From an uncultured delta proteobacterium (GTDB lineage Bacteria > Desulfobacterota > RBG-13-43-22): a DNA stretch of 64,000 nt. The translations under genes were made by a program, and so were the position numbers. Location of the stretch: NCBI GenBank assembly GCA_963790475.1, contig CAWBOS010000015.1:480001-544000 (forward strand), given 5' to 3'. A model generated the notes under the pieces. It was not told where the DNA came from and made no database searches. It saw only the letters and a program-made list of their open reading frames with translations. Shown piece by piece: positions 20,721-30,775 of this stretch. How positions within the stretch are numbered: the stretch's first letter is position 1; the number at the start of each line of letters is the position of its first letter.

Positions 20721-20999
20721 ATGAAATATTATGATTGGAATGATGACAAAAATGAGCTTCTCAAGAATTTGCGAGGGGTGTCGTTTGAGCAAGTGGTCTT
20801 GGCAATTGTTTCCGGAGACTTGGTTGACCGCGTAAAACATCCAAACCCGGAAAAATACCCAAATCAGAGAATATTCTTGGTGAAGATCGAGGATTATATA
20901 TACTCGGTACCGTATGTCGAAGACGAGGAGAAAATATTCCTAAAAACAATAATACCAAACGGCAAAGCAACAAAGAAGTATTTGGGAGGCATGAGATGA
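20721..20999 (+). CDS. BrnT-like type II toxin
   Basis: YDWNDDKNELLK..RGVSFE...HPNPEKYPNQ...FLKTIIP. Confidence 0.8.
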   Translation: MKYYDWNDDKNELLKNLRGVSFEQVVLAIVSGDLVDRVKHPNPEKYPNQRIFLVKIEDYIYSVPYVEDEEKIFLKTIIPNGKATKKYLGGMR

Positions 21000-21322
21000 A
21001 AAGAGCGCAATACATCGATAAAGAAGAAATGGAACTTGCAAGATCACTCGAAACCGAAGATTGGATTTCTGATCTTTCCAAGAGAGAGAAGAAACGGTAT
21101 GAGGAATATTCCCGCAACAGCTTGACAAAGCAAAAAAGGATCAACATCAGGATGACAGAGCGGGACCTGAAGAAAATCCAGGCAAAGGCGATTGAGGAAG
21201 GTCTCCCCTATCAATCCCTCATCTCTATGTTAATTCACAAATTTAACGAGGGAAAAGTATCCATTCAAGAATGGCATAACAAGGCCATGCACCCGACCGC
21301 CGAAAAAACAGGCTCCGTGTGA
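20996..21322 (+). CDS. BrnA/CopG-like antitoxin
   Basis: KRINIRM...IQAKAIEEGLPYQSLI; ATGA overlap with the toxin; C-terminus reads into an attC-like arm (GCATAACAAGGCCATGCACCCGACC). Confidence 0.8.
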   Translation: MKRAQYIDKEEMELARSLETEDWISDLSKREKKRYEEYSRNSLTKQKRINIRMTERDLKKIQAKAIEEGLPYQSLISMLIHKFNEGKVSIQEWHNKAMHPTAEKTGSV

Positions 21323-21399
21323 TGTCTGCGTGTCCAACAAATTTGGCCTCGGCTCAGCACCGAGGTTTTGATAGGCAAGCACATAACCTTGATGGTTGA

Positions 21400-21589
21400 T
21401 TACCTTTGAACCAATTAAGGCGCTAAGTTAGTTGGAACATTATTTAGAAACAGAGCTTGAGAATCGCCAGGGAACTTATTTCGAGTGTTTTATAAAGTGA
21501 ACCGGGAAGAGTATCAGGTTGAAATATTAGCAATTGGTATCAAAAGGGGAAACCGGCTAAATGTCGGTGGACAGGAGTATGAGATATGA
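21400..21589 (+). pseudogene. RelE/ParE-like toxin remnant
   Basis: Manual translation of the 3' part: FRVFYKVNREEYQVEILAIGIKRGNRLNVGGQEYEI-stop, overlapping the antitoxin start; 5' part degraded. Confidence 0.6.
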
Positions 21590-21852
21590 GAATAGCACCC
21601 ATAGCCGACGTTAAGGCAAAGTTCAGCGGATATATAAAAGAAAGCCGGCAAGGGCCGGTGGTGGTTACAAAAAACGGTAAACCTATAGCGATGCTATTGT
21701 CTGTAACGGACGAGGAAGAAATCGAAAGGTTGATATTGGCGTACTCGCCGAAGTTTCAGAGGTTATTGAAAAAAGCAGAGCAACAAATTCGAGAAGGTAA
21801 ATGTCAAAAGCATGATGATTTTTGGCGTGAAGTCGCCTCAGGGCAGGCATAA
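21586..21852 (+). CDS. Phd/YefM family antitoxin
   Basis: IADVKAKFSGYI...GPVVVTKNGKPIA. Confidence 0.88.
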   Translation: MRIAPIADVKAKFSGYIKESRQGPVVVTKNGKPIAMLLSVTDEEEIERLILAYSPKFQRLLKKAEQQIREGKCQKHDDFWREVASGQA

Positions 21853-22452
21853 TAGCAGTGAAAAGCCGCCGAACCACTCACTTTCCCTGATCCCGCCCTC
21901 AGGGGGATTCTCGAAGATAGAATAGGTTTTCGCAAATCCCGAGGTGATCATGATCTCATCCGCATGGTAACTTAGCAGGGGCGTTGCCCCTATTCGCGTC
22001 CATGTCCCGGTCGGCGCCGCCGCAGGAGGCGCCACGAGGCCATTGGACAGCGAAGTCACTTGCTTGCACGGGCCTTCGGCCTCGCAAGCTGCAAGCCATG
22101 CCGCATGTCGAGCGTATCGGGTGTCAAATCTTAAATGTACTTAAGATTATTTCCGGCAAAATCATTCTCGTCCCAGGGGTGGAGAATTCAGTCATGGCTT
22201 CATTCATCCCGAAGGCAACTATTATCATCAAATTATTAAAATCTTAATCCACCTCTTCGTCCTTAATGCCTCGGATCTGTAAAGATTGGGACTGATTTTG
22301 ATAAGCAAACCGAATGGACTATGAATCTATGTCCTTGACAGATGGTGGCAATGGCATATAATATGCTATAAAAGATTCTCAAACCGGTCCGACCGTTTTT
22401 GTTCAATCTCGGGTGGACCATTTCTGTTGCGCTAAGGAGAGGAGGTAAGATC

Positions 22453-22716
22453 ATGGGAACAACCAAAACAGCTACCGCCCGGGCCTTGATCGATCCAGAA
22501 GTTAAAAGGGAGGCGGAATCCATACTTAAGGAATTGGGACTTTCGATTTCCAATTCAGTGGAACTGTTTTACCGGCAAGTGGTGGCTCAAAGGGGCTTGC
22601 CTTTTGAATTGCAGGTGCCAAACAAAAAAACCATGAAGGCCCTCCGGGACTCTCGAAAAGGAAAGGGTCGCAAGTTTTCGACCACGGAAAAACTTTTTAA
22701 AGACCTGGGTATCTGA
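22453..22716 (+). CDS. RelB/DinJ family antitoxin
   Basis: ARALIDPEVKREAESILKELGLSIS...GLPFE; GGAGG RBS before ATG at 22453. Confidence 0.88.
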   Translation: MGTTKTATARALIDPEVKREAESILKELGLSISNSVELFYRQVVAQRGLPFELQVPNKKTMKALRDSRKGKGRKFSTTEKLFKDLGI

Positions 22717-22720
22717 GGTC

Positions 22721-22990
22721 ATGCGCTCCATCAGACGGGAGGCCCAATTCAAGAAAGATGTCAAGCCACAGCTTAAGCGCGGTAAAAACCTCGATAAACT
22801 AAAATCGATTATTGAATCTCTGGTCGCGGCCGAGGAGTTGCCGGCTCGCAACAAAGATCATCCCCTTAAGGGAACAGTCAAGGATTGTCGGGAGTGTCAT
22901 ATTGAGGGGGACTGGTTATTGATCTACCGCATTGATGGTAGTGCGCTTTGCTTGGTGAGAACCGGATCTCATTCAGACTTGTTTGAATAG
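22721..22990 (+). CDS. yafQ: YafQ family toxin
   Basis: QFKKD...DHPLKG...RECHIEGDWLLIY...RTGSHSDLF. Confidence 0.9.
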   Translation: MRSIRREAQFKKDVKPQLKRGKNLDKLKSIIESLVAAEELPARNKDHPLKGTVKDCRECHIEGDWLLIYRIDGSALCLVRTGSHSDLFE

Positions 22991-23021
22991 TCGAATTATT
23001 GAGCAGGTAAGCCTTGTATTG

Positions 23022-23069
23022 GTGTCGTCTCCGGTTTTCACTTCGGCCGGCAACACACCGGCCGGCCGT
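23022..23069 (+). repeat. ~45-bp direct repeat, copy 1 (copy 2 at 25000-25044)
   Basis: GTGTYGTCTCCGGTTTTCACTTCGGCCRGCAACAC present in both copies. Confidence 0.8.
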
Positions 23070-23118
23070 TAATAAATGAACCAGATAAACGAAATCTGCT
23101 TCAAGGTTCAATACCCGA

Positions 23119-24057
23119 TTACTTGGGCTCCAGGGCCTTGACCAAGGCCCTGAGGGTCTTATTATAAGGTGTTTTTGTTTCTGTGCGCTCTCCGTATTCC
23201 ACGAACTTTCCGTTCATAAAATCGATCTCGGTCCTGCGTTTCATTTCGATATCAATAAGCATGGACGGCTTATGATCACCGGCCGATTTCATATATTCCA
23301 GTGCGTAGGGGTAAAAATCCCATCCTAAGGTGATTTCATTGGCCCTGGCCACGGTGACGCACTCTTTGATTAAGGCATCGACGATCTGGAAAACGATGGG
23401 ATCACTCATGGCCTGGGCCATGGTAAGACCGGTAACCGCGCACACGGGATTCATACAGGCATTTAGAATAGCCTTTCGCCAGACCATGGATACGATCTGT
23501 TCGGTATGCTGGGTGATCAAACCGCTCCGGGTGAAGGCCTCGGCAATGGCTATGGCGGCCGGCCGGGAATCCCTGTCCAACTCCTGAATGAAATGGGGGG
23601 GATGATGAAAGGCCATGTGCACTTGTCCCGGCTTTATCAGATGGCACCCGAAATTGACCACGGCCCGCATCACCGCTTTTTTTCCCAATACCTCGCTCAG
23701 CACCAACTCGGTATCGATGCCGTTTTGCCAGCTGACTACATACAATCCCGGGTGATAAAAAGTCTCAATGGCCGAGGCGATAAGAGGCAGGGCATTGGCT
23801 TTCACGGTCAGGATAATGACCTCTGGTGGATCTTTGGAAAGTTCATCGACATGGGAACAGGTATTCGGTATTTTCTGTTGCAGGTGCTCAGCCCCTTCAA
23901 TAACAATCCCGGGATGGCGGGCTGGCTCGGTCAACGCGGTAAAAACATCACAGAGGGTCACCTGATAGCCGGCCCGGGCCAGGAAGGCGGCCACGATGGA
24001 CCCCACCGGTCCTGCGCCGACCACGGCAAATGAATGAGGGGAAAAAATTGAATTCAT
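23119..24057 (-). CDS. panE: Ketopantoate reductase family protein
   Basis: GAGPVG, TVK, QNG, W.K...N and SM..D....R.TEID..NG motifs. Confidence 0.85.
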   Translation of the reverse strand: MNSIFSPHSFAVVGAGPVGSIVAAFLARAGYQVTLCDVFTALTEPARHPGIVIEGAEHLQQKIPNTCSHVDELSKDPPEVIILTVKANALPLIASAIETFYHPGLYVVSWQNGIDTELVLSEVLGKKAVMRAVVNFGCHLIKPGQVHMAFHHPPHFIQELDRDSRPAAIAIAEAFTRSGLITQHTEQIVSMVWRKAILNACMNPVCAVTGLTMAQAMSDPIVFQIVDALIKECVTVARANEITLGWDFYPYALEYMKSAGDHKPSMLIDIEMKRRTEIDFMNGKFVEYGERTETKTPYNKTLRALVKALEPK

Positions 24058-24075
24058 GATTCCGCCTTATAGAGG

Positions 24076-24531
24076 TTATTTTGGTTTCCCGACAGTCTTT
24101 TCCGAGATTCCAAAGGCTTGGGCATCCAACAGCCGAATGCCCATTTGCTGCAGAACGGGAATGGCCTTGTCGTTGTCACTGAATCGAAATATGACCATGG
24201 CCTTGCCTGAAGAAAAGCCTATAGATGAATACATGTAGGTAATATTGACATTGGCCTCTAATAGAGGTTTTAATACTTCGGCCAGGCTTCCGGGATAATC
24301 GGCGATCTCAGCAGCGACCACCTCGTCCACTCTGGCTGGGAAATTTTTTTTCATGAAAATCCGCCTGGCTGTGGCCACATCGGAGACCAGGAGCCGCAGG
24401 ACGCCGTAGTCGCCGATATCGGCCAGGCTGAGGGCCCTCAAATTTATTCCGGCGGCCCCCAAGGCCTGAGTCACTTCATACAGCCGGCCGGGGGAATTCT
24501 CGATAAATATGGAAATCTGTTTCAGTTTCAT
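24076..24531 (-). CDS. ACT domain protein
   Basis: KQISIFIENSPGRL...GINLRALSLAD; tandem ACT domains. Confidence 0.9.
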   Translation of the reverse strand: MKLKQISIFIENSPGRLYEVTQALGAAGINLRALSLADIGDYGVLRLLVSDVATARRIFMKKNFPARVDEVVAAEIADYPGSLAEVLKPLLEANVNITYMYSSIGFSSGKAMVIFRFSDNDKAIPVLQQMGIRLLDAQAFGISEKTVGKPK

Positions 24532-24804
24532 GTGCCCTCCCTGGTGGTTTCATCCCCTGCCCTCCTTTTCCTTCTTTCACAGTGCAGGTATTACCAAATA
24601 ATCCCTTGGTTCTTTCAAGACGGTGGCGATATTTCAAAGGCGAAAAGGTTTTGTCGACCGTTGGTAATAATAATATTTCCAATTTCAATAATTCTTTTCC
24701 ACTTGTTTTATATTTTTCGTAAAGGAAGGTTTCGTGTAATGTTAAGGTTAAGTTTACCATAGTTCGATTCTGGTAGAAAACAAAAAATAAAAACAGGGAA
24801 GGTT

Positions 24805-24975
24805 ATGACCTTTAACGAAAAAGTGATTCATATCCTTAAAGGCCTCAGCCAAGCCTATCCGCAAGCGCATATGCCCCTGCATTATCAAAACCCTTTGGAA
24901 ATCCTGATTGACACCATCCTTTCCGCTCAGTGCGCGGACAACCTGCACCTTCGGCGTTTTTGAAAAATACCGGCC
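24805..24975 (+). pseudogene. nth: Endonuclease III N-terminal fragment
   Basis: Manual translation MTFNEKVIHILKGLSQAYPQAHMPLHYQNPLEILIDTILSAQCAD, then degenerates to a stop. Confidence 0.75.
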
Positions 24976-25323
24976 GAAGCCCCAAAAGCCCTAGCAAAAG
25001 TGTTGTCTCCGGTTTTCACTTCGGCCAGCAACACCGGCCGCCGTCGATCATGCCAGGAAATCAACTTCATTGTTTATCAAGTGAATGTGTTAAAAAGCGG
25101 ATGCCGTAGAAATTTTTATTCCTTCTTTAGGGGAAAAAGGCCTTCTTGTAACCAAGATGTTTCCTTTTATGAAAGAATGACTAAATAAATAATTGAACAA
25201 GCTCAACAAAGATTATTGATTTATTCTTCTCAAAATGCTTAATTATCAAATTAGTAGGATGTAACTTTGACACGATCTCAAAGATCATCTTTCTGCTATT
25301 TATAAACAAAGGAGGAAATAAGG

Positions 25324-27030
25324 ATGCGAATACTGCGGGTTAATATGACGAAACCGGAAGCAGTTCTTGAAGACCTACCTCAGGATTGGATGATTGTCGG
25401 AGGCCGCGGCCTTTGCGACCGAATCTTGAAGGCTGAAGTTCCACCCCAATGTGATCCCCTCGGCCCGGAGGCGAAATTGATAATCGCCACAGGCCCACTG
25501 GCCGGGACCCTGGCCCCGTCCTGCGGCCGGATCTCCGTGGGGGCCAAGAGCCCTCTCACCCTGGGAATCAAAGAAGCCAATTCAGGAGGCCCAGTGGGCC
25601 AGAAGATGGATAAATTGGGGATCAGGGCCATCGTCGTTGAAGGTTCGCCTGCAAAGGATAAAATCTATCTCCTGAACATCTCTAAGGATGGCGCAGCGAT
25701 CGAGCCGGCCGACCAGTATCGAGGAATGAAAAATTACGAACTTGCGGACGCGCTGTACAAGAAATTTGACAAAAAGTCCTCGATCATATCCATCGGAATC
25801 GGCGGGGAACGACTCTGGAAATCATCCAGCGTGGGTTTTACCGATACGGAAGGACACCCTGCCCGACATGCTGCCCGAGGCGGTCTAGGGGCGGTGATGG
25901 GGGCCAAAGGCCTTAAGGCCATTATTATTGACGATCAGGGGGCGGCGGCCGTGGATATTGCCGCCAAAGAGTCCTTCAGAGAAACTATAAAAAATTGGGC
26001 TGAAGTGTTAAAAGCAGATCCCCAGGCCCAGGGCATGATGAAGTATGGGACTCCGGCGGGAATCGCTCCCTTGCGGTCTATCGGTTCGGCCCCTTCCAAG
26101 AATTACAGCAGCGAGCAGACCGAGGGTTTCGAAAATCTTGCCGGCCCGGCCTTTGAGAAGGTAAACCAGGAAAGAGGCGGCGGCTTGAAAGGATGTATGC
26201 CGGGGTGCCTCATCCGTTGTTCCACTTCCTACTATGGTCCGGACGGGAAATACCTGACCTCAGGCTTCGAATATGAAACTCTCGCCCTTCTTGGCACGAA
26301 CCTGGGCCTGTCCGACCCGGATATAGTGGCGAAACTGGACCGGCTGTGTGATGATCAGGGCCTTGATACCATCGAAATCGGCAGCGCCCTGGGTGTGGCA
26401 GCCAGCGCGGGGAAAATGAACTTTGGTGACGCCGGTTCTGTACTGGCTCTTTTTGATGAATTGGAAAAGGGGTCGGAGTTCGGGAATATCCTGGGCAACG
26501 GCGTCGTTTCCACATGCAAGGCCTTAGGGGTCACCAGAATTCCGGCTTACAAGGGCCAGGCCATTCCAGCCCATGATCCCCGCGTGGCCAAGGCCGCCGG
26601 GGTTACTTATGCGACCAGTCCTATGGGTGCGGATCATACGGCCGGCATCACCTATGAGAAATTCAAGTCCAAGGATGGCCAGGTTGAAAGGTCCCTGAAG
26701 GCCCAGATTATGGCGGCCGCTTTAGATACGTTCGGGTACTGTTCTCTGGCCAGGATTGGAGATGGCCAGGTTCTTCTGAGTTTTATAAAGGACCTCTTGA
26801 ATGCGCGATTCGGACTGGGACTGGAGATCGAAGATCTGGTCAGAATCGGCCGAGAGACCTTGAAAGTCGAACTTGAATTTAACCGGGGGACTGAGTTTCA
26901 TAAGGTACACGATCCCGACCCGGAATTCCTGAAAACCGAACGTTCGGCCCCCATAGGGAACGTCTTTGATGTGGACCCGGATGAGATAAAATCTATTTGG
27001 GAAAAATTAGACAGCACGGTACCGTTTTAA
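25324..27030 (+). CDS. Aldehyde ferredoxin oxidoreductase family protein
   Basis: AKSPLTLGIKEANSGG, ARGGLGAVMGAKGLKA, EYET and DDQGLDTI motifs. Confidence 0.92.
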   Translation: MRILRVNMTKPEAVLEDLPQDWMIVGGRGLCDRILKAEVPPQCDPLGPEAKLIIATGPLAGTLAPSCGRISVGAKSPLTLGIKEANSGGPVGQKMDKLGIRAIVVEGSPAKDKIYLLNISKDGAAIEPADQYRGMKNYELADALYKKFDKKSSIISIGIGGERLWKSSSVGFTDTEGHPARHAARGGLGAVMGAKGLKAIIIDDQGAAAVDIAAKESFRETIKNWAEVLKADPQAQGMMKYGTPAGIAPLRSIGSAPSKNYSSEQTEGFENLAGPAFEKVNQERGGGLKGCMPGCLIRCSTSYYGPDGKYLTSGFEYETLALLGTNLGLSDPDIVAKLDRLCDDQGLDTIEIGSALGVAASAGKMNFGDAGSVLALFDELEKGSEFGNILGNGVVSTCKALGVTRIPAYKGQAIPAHDPRVAKAAGVTYATSPMGADHTAGITYEKFKSKDGQVERSLKAQIMAAALDTFGYCSLARIGDGQVLLSFIKDLLNARFGLGLEIEDLVRIGRETLKVELEFNRGTEFHKVHDPDPEFLKTERSAPIGNVFDVDPDEIKSIWEKLDSTVPF

Positions 27031-27347
27031 TTTTGAGTGGTGGACGTCGAAGTCTCATCCCATCGCCTCTTGGAATCCCAGGTCAGGTCCGGGATTCCAA
27101 GCCATGGAAAACAGCTTGCAAATTCTGCCTCCCGGCTTTAGCCGGGAAAATTCAAAGTGCATTCAGATCGGGACCGAGAGGTTTAAATTTAGAATATTGA
27201 CCCGAACCCTCCAACCAGGCCTGTAGTTCAATATTCCAAATCAGTATAAAATCCTGCCAATTGGAAGAGGCCCCCTTTCCCGTAGAACTTCAAGGGTTGA
27301 AATATCTTCCCTAATGCTATATATCTATAGAGAGAGTCCTGTAAAAA

Positions 27348-27471
27348 GTCGTCACCCTGGCGAATCCCGGATCAGGTCCGGGACAGGCGCCGGGGTCCAG
27401 ATGATTCTTACCTAAAAAACACTGGATTCCGGCTGGAGTCTATCCCGCACTTGATGCGGGACCGGAATGAC
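27348..27471. repeat. REP-like palindromic repeat (inverted relative to 16009-16102)
   Basis: CTGGATTCCGGCTGGAGTCTATCCCGCA...GCGGGACCGGAATGAC. Confidence 0.75.
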
Positions 27472-27626
27472 TTAATGTGGGTTTCGGCGACTTTTTATGA
27501 GTTCATCTTGTTTGGAGCTTTGTAATGTTCCATTTTGTTCAAGATCCTGGGAAAAAGAACTTTATCCAAGGAGCCTCTTGCAAAACGATAGAAGGCCTTA
27601 TTCTTTAATTCAAGGAGAACCCGTTT

Positions 27627-27875
27627 ATGCCTGATCATGATAACCCCCAACCCAATGAAAAAGGGGATTATTTTTTCGCCGAAATGGAAGAGGGGGAACT
27701 GGTCATGAAGCCCTTTTGTCTATGCGGCAATCCCCTGGCGGAGGATTATTTTTGTGAAAAATGCCGGCGCCAATGCCGTTGCACCGATGTCGTTTGTGCC
27801 GATGAAACCACTTTCCGGTTTATTCAGGATCACCCTCCGTTCAAAAAACTCAGGGTTTTTGTCGCCCCCAAATGA
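27627..27875 (+). CDS. Small Cys-rich hypothetical protein
   Basis: AAGGAG RBS; CLCG...CEKCRRQCRC. Confidence 0.65.
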   Translation: MPDHDNPQPNEKGDYFFAEMEEGELVMKPFCLCGNPLAEDYFCEKCRRQCRCTDVVCADETTFRFIQDHPPFKKLRVFVAPK

Positions 27876-28024
27876 CCACGATTTACAAGGGGTAAGGTTT
27901 AAGGTCAAAAGAAAGTTATTTTCCGGGCGCTTTATCCCTTGTGCCAAGCACTCATAGATTAATTTTCAGACCCATTTGTTGCCTGTCTTAGGCAGGTCTA
28001 AGCGTTTAGAAAGGAAGTGTTGTT

Positions 28025-28882
28025 ATGGAAGAAACCGAACCCACCATTAAACCCGCTGCCCGGGGGGAGGGCATCATGCCCATCCACGGTACCTTCAACT
28101 TTAAATGTGGTCCTGGAGTCGGGTGTTATACCCGGTGCTGCGGCGATGTGACCATTGTTTTGACCCCTTATGATATCCTGCGTCTGAAGAATCGGCTGGG
28201 GATTGCCTCTGAGGACTTTATCGATCAATATACCCTGCCCCTGACCAAAGCGGATTATGGTCTTCCGGTTTTTGTCCTCAAAATGGGAGAAGGCCCGGAA
28301 AAAAGATGTCCCTTTGTCAGTTCCGATAAGGGGTGTTCCGTCTATGCGGAGCGTCCCTGGGCCTGCCGGATGTATCCTTTAGATACCCGAGACGGGGAGG
28401 AAGGGGAGGAAGAATATTTCGTTACGGCCGATCCCAAACAATGTCTGGGCCTTTTAGAAACCCATCCTCAGACGGCGGAAGAATGGGAGAAAGGTCAAGG
28501 GCTGGATGTATATAAGGACGTCGAAGAGCTATTTAATCAAATCACCTCGGCTCAACGGATCTGGGGGGATCACAAATTGGAAGGCAAAGTCCAGGGCATG
28601 GTCCTGCTGGCTTGTTACAACACCGAACGTTTCAGAAAATTTGTTTTTGAAAGCAATTTTTTGAAACTGTTCGACTTGTCCCCGGAGCAAATCGAACTCC
28701 TCAAAATCGATGACCTGGAGTTGTTAAAACTCGGATTCAAATGGCTGCAATTCGGACTCCTTGGAAAGTCAACCCTCCCCATTCGGGAAGAGGTGATTAA
28801 AGCCAAGGAAAAAGAGTTGGGAATCACCCTGCCCAAGGATGACGGTCTTTGGAAGAATCCTGAAATCAAACCCGCCAAATAA
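28025..28882 (+). CDS. YkgJ family cysteine cluster protein
   Basis: C....C...CC...LTPYD...CPF....C.VY..RP.ACR.YP. Confidence 0.9.
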   Translation: MEETEPTIKPAARGEGIMPIHGTFNFKCGPGVGCYTRCCGDVTIVLTPYDILRLKNRLGIASEDFIDQYTLPLTKADYGLPVFVLKMGEGPEKRCPFVSSDKGCSVYAERPWACRMYPLDTRDGEEGEEEYFVTADPKQCLGLLETHPQTAEEWEKGQGLDVYKDVEELFNQITSAQRIWGDHKLEGKVQGMVLLACYNTERFRKFVFESNFLKLFDLSPEQIELLKIDDLELLKLGFKWLQFGLLGKSTLPIREEVIKAKEKELGITLPKDDGLWKNPEIKPAK

Positions 28883-28904
28883 AAGGATCTGAGTTTCAAG
28901 AACC

Positions 28905-29657
28905 ATGAGCTATACCGAACCGTTTGAATATCTGGAAGACAATTCTTTTTCCTTTGCCTGTCATCCGGGCTTGTCCTGCTTTACCGAATGCTGCCGCGAT
29001 CTTAGATTGGCCCTGACCCCTTATGATATCCTACGGCTTAAGAATCGCCTGGGCCTGGCTGCAAACGATTTTTTAGATCAATTCACGGTCAATAAGCCCG
29101 GAGAACATAACGGTTTCCCCGCTGTTTTCTTAAAAATGCAGGAAAACGAACGCCGGACTTGCCCCTTTGTCACCCCTTCCGGTTGCCGAATTTATGAAGA
29201 CCGTCCGGGGGCTTGCCGGATTTATCCTATTGGCCGGGCTTCTTCCCGGACCCATGGTCAAGACAAGGCCAGGGAATTCCATTTTGTCGTCAAAGAAGCA
29301 CACTGCCTGGGTTTTAATGAAACAAAACAATGGACCGTTGAACACTGGTCCCAGGATCAGGGGCTTCAACCTTATAGTTTTTTTAATGATAAATGGACGG
29401 AAATCATCACCCACAAGGGCTCTCTGGGACCGGAGGAAATGATCCTCAAAAAAATGCAGATGTTTTTTATGGCCTGTTACAATCTGGACCAATTCCGAAG
29501 ATTTGTTTTTGAAAGCACCTTTTTACGACGTTTTGATGTCCCGAAAGAGACGATTTCCAGGATGAAAACGGACGACGAGGAACTTCTTAATTTAGCTCTG
29601 CGGTGGTTAAAATTTTCTCTTTTCGGTGAGCAGGGGATTCCTCTTAGGCAGGAATGA
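28905..29657 (+). CDS. YkgJ family cysteine cluster protein (tandem paralog)
   Basis: Same motif set as the upstream gene. Confidence 0.9.
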   Translation: MSYTEPFEYLEDNSFSFACHPGLSCFTECCRDLRLALTPYDILRLKNRLGLAANDFLDQFTVNKPGEHNGFPAVFLKMQENERRTCPFVTPSGCRIYEDRPGACRIYPIGRASSRTHGQDKAREFHFVVKEAHCLGFNETKQWTVEHWSQDQGLQPYSFFNDKWTEIITHKGSLGPEEMILKKMQMFFMACYNLDQFRRFVFESTFLRRFDVPKETISRMKTDDEELLNLALRWLKFSLFGEQGIPLRQE

Positions 29658-29702
29658 GGGACATTAAAAAATAATCATCCATTGATTTAGAGGAAGGGCA
29701 TT

Positions 29703-30092
29703 TCAGAGTTTGTAAGGAATTTGAACAAAGGGGTGTTTCCGGGGATCAAAATCTTTGGTATTTCTGGTTGACAGGATAATCTGATAATGTATCGCCAGAG
29801 CGGCCTGAAAGGCATCCGGAAGTTTCCAACCATATTGGCGTCGAAGGGAAGCCGCTTTTTCAGCAACAGGGACATCAATGGATAATACTTTAAATTGATT
29901 CAATAATAATTTAGCCGTCCTTTCGGCTTCTTTTTCAAAACCAACCAAGATTTCCGCTAACGTGATGACGGAAATTGCCGTGGAATCCGGATTTAGCCCC
30001 GCTAAAAATCCACTGGCTTTCGGGTGCCCATTAAAATGATCGATCAGGATGACCGAATCCAGCAACCTTTCCAACATCAGCGGGAGTCCCAT
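29703..30092 (-). CDS. VapC/PIN domain toxin
   Basis: LLDSVILID, ISVITLAE, LPDAFQAA and TRNTKDF motifs; start may be at 30077. Confidence 0.88.
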   Translation of the reverse strand: MGLPLMLERLLDSVILIDHFNGHPKASGFLAGLNPDSTAISVITLAEILVGFEKEAERTAKLLLNQFKVLSIDVPVAEKAASLRRQYGWKLPDAFQAALAIHYQIILSTRNTKDFDPRKHPFVQIPYKL

Positions 30093-30316
30093 TCAGACCG
30101 CAATTGTTCCTGGTAGGTCAATCCCTCTCCTTTTTTCCAAATGCCCTGTGTTTCTTGAATGATTTTTTGATAGATCTTTTGACCTTCGGAAGCTTTAAGA
30201 CAGGAAATTCCCCTTCGGACTCCCTCGGCCAAGGAAATCCTTTGTGCTCGGCTGAAAGTCTTAAGCCATCGTTTCTCTTCATCAGATATGGTAATAATCG
30301 TTCTGCTGGTTCCCAT
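30077..30316 (-). CDS. CopG/VapB-like antitoxin
   Basis: RTIITIS...SLAEGVRRGI ribbon-helix-helix-like pattern directly upstream of the PIN gene. Confidence 0.75.
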   Translation of the reverse strand: MGTSRTIITISDEEKRWLKTFSRAQRISLAEGVRRGISCLKASEGQKIYQKIIQETQGIWKKGEGLTYQEQLRSEWDSR

Positions 30317-30359
30317 AAAAATCCCTCTTAAAATGTGATATACAATCGTATATATCACA

Positions 30360-30650
30360 TTGGCCCTTGTCAATAAAAAACTACAAGGTTATTTTTTAAC
30401 AAATTTATACGCTTTAAAGGAAAAATTTGGCAACTCCCTAAGCTTACTGGGGACATACCCATCGCACCCCGGGCTTCATTTGGAACGGATTATCAATGAC
30501 CCTACAGCCTGGTCGGCAAGGATTGATCGGCGCCTTCGCCTTTCTTTCGATCCGCAACAGTTTTTGCCGGCCGGTAATCCAGACTGGTCGGCCCCTCTAT
30601 CGCTTCTACGTATCCTTGACCATGATGATTTGTATAAACACCCTAGATAA
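30360..30650 (+). CDS. RelE-like toxin, possibly truncated
   Basis: PSHPGLHLERI....WSARIDRRLRLSF...HDDLY. Confidence 0.5.
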   Translation: MALVNKKLQGYFLTNLYALKEKFGNSLSLLGTYPSHPGLHLERIINDPTAWSARIDRRLRLSFDPQQFLPAGNPDWSAPLSLLRILDHDDLYKHPR

Positions 30651-30775
30651 GCTGACCCATTAGTACTCTTCAAACTCAGAGCTTATTTCCAGTCTCAGGC
30701 TGTCCGATGACCAGGGTCCGCCCTTTCCGAAAAGGTGAACTATTATTCCTCAAAATAATATCGTCTGGCATCCTG

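Noticed and set aside
23030-23060. Resemblance of the direct repeat to the tRNA-Glu anticodon arm (possible att site)
   Set aside because: Only patchy similarity (TTTCAC, GCCGGCAACAC); wrong strand relative to the tRNA and not its 3' end.
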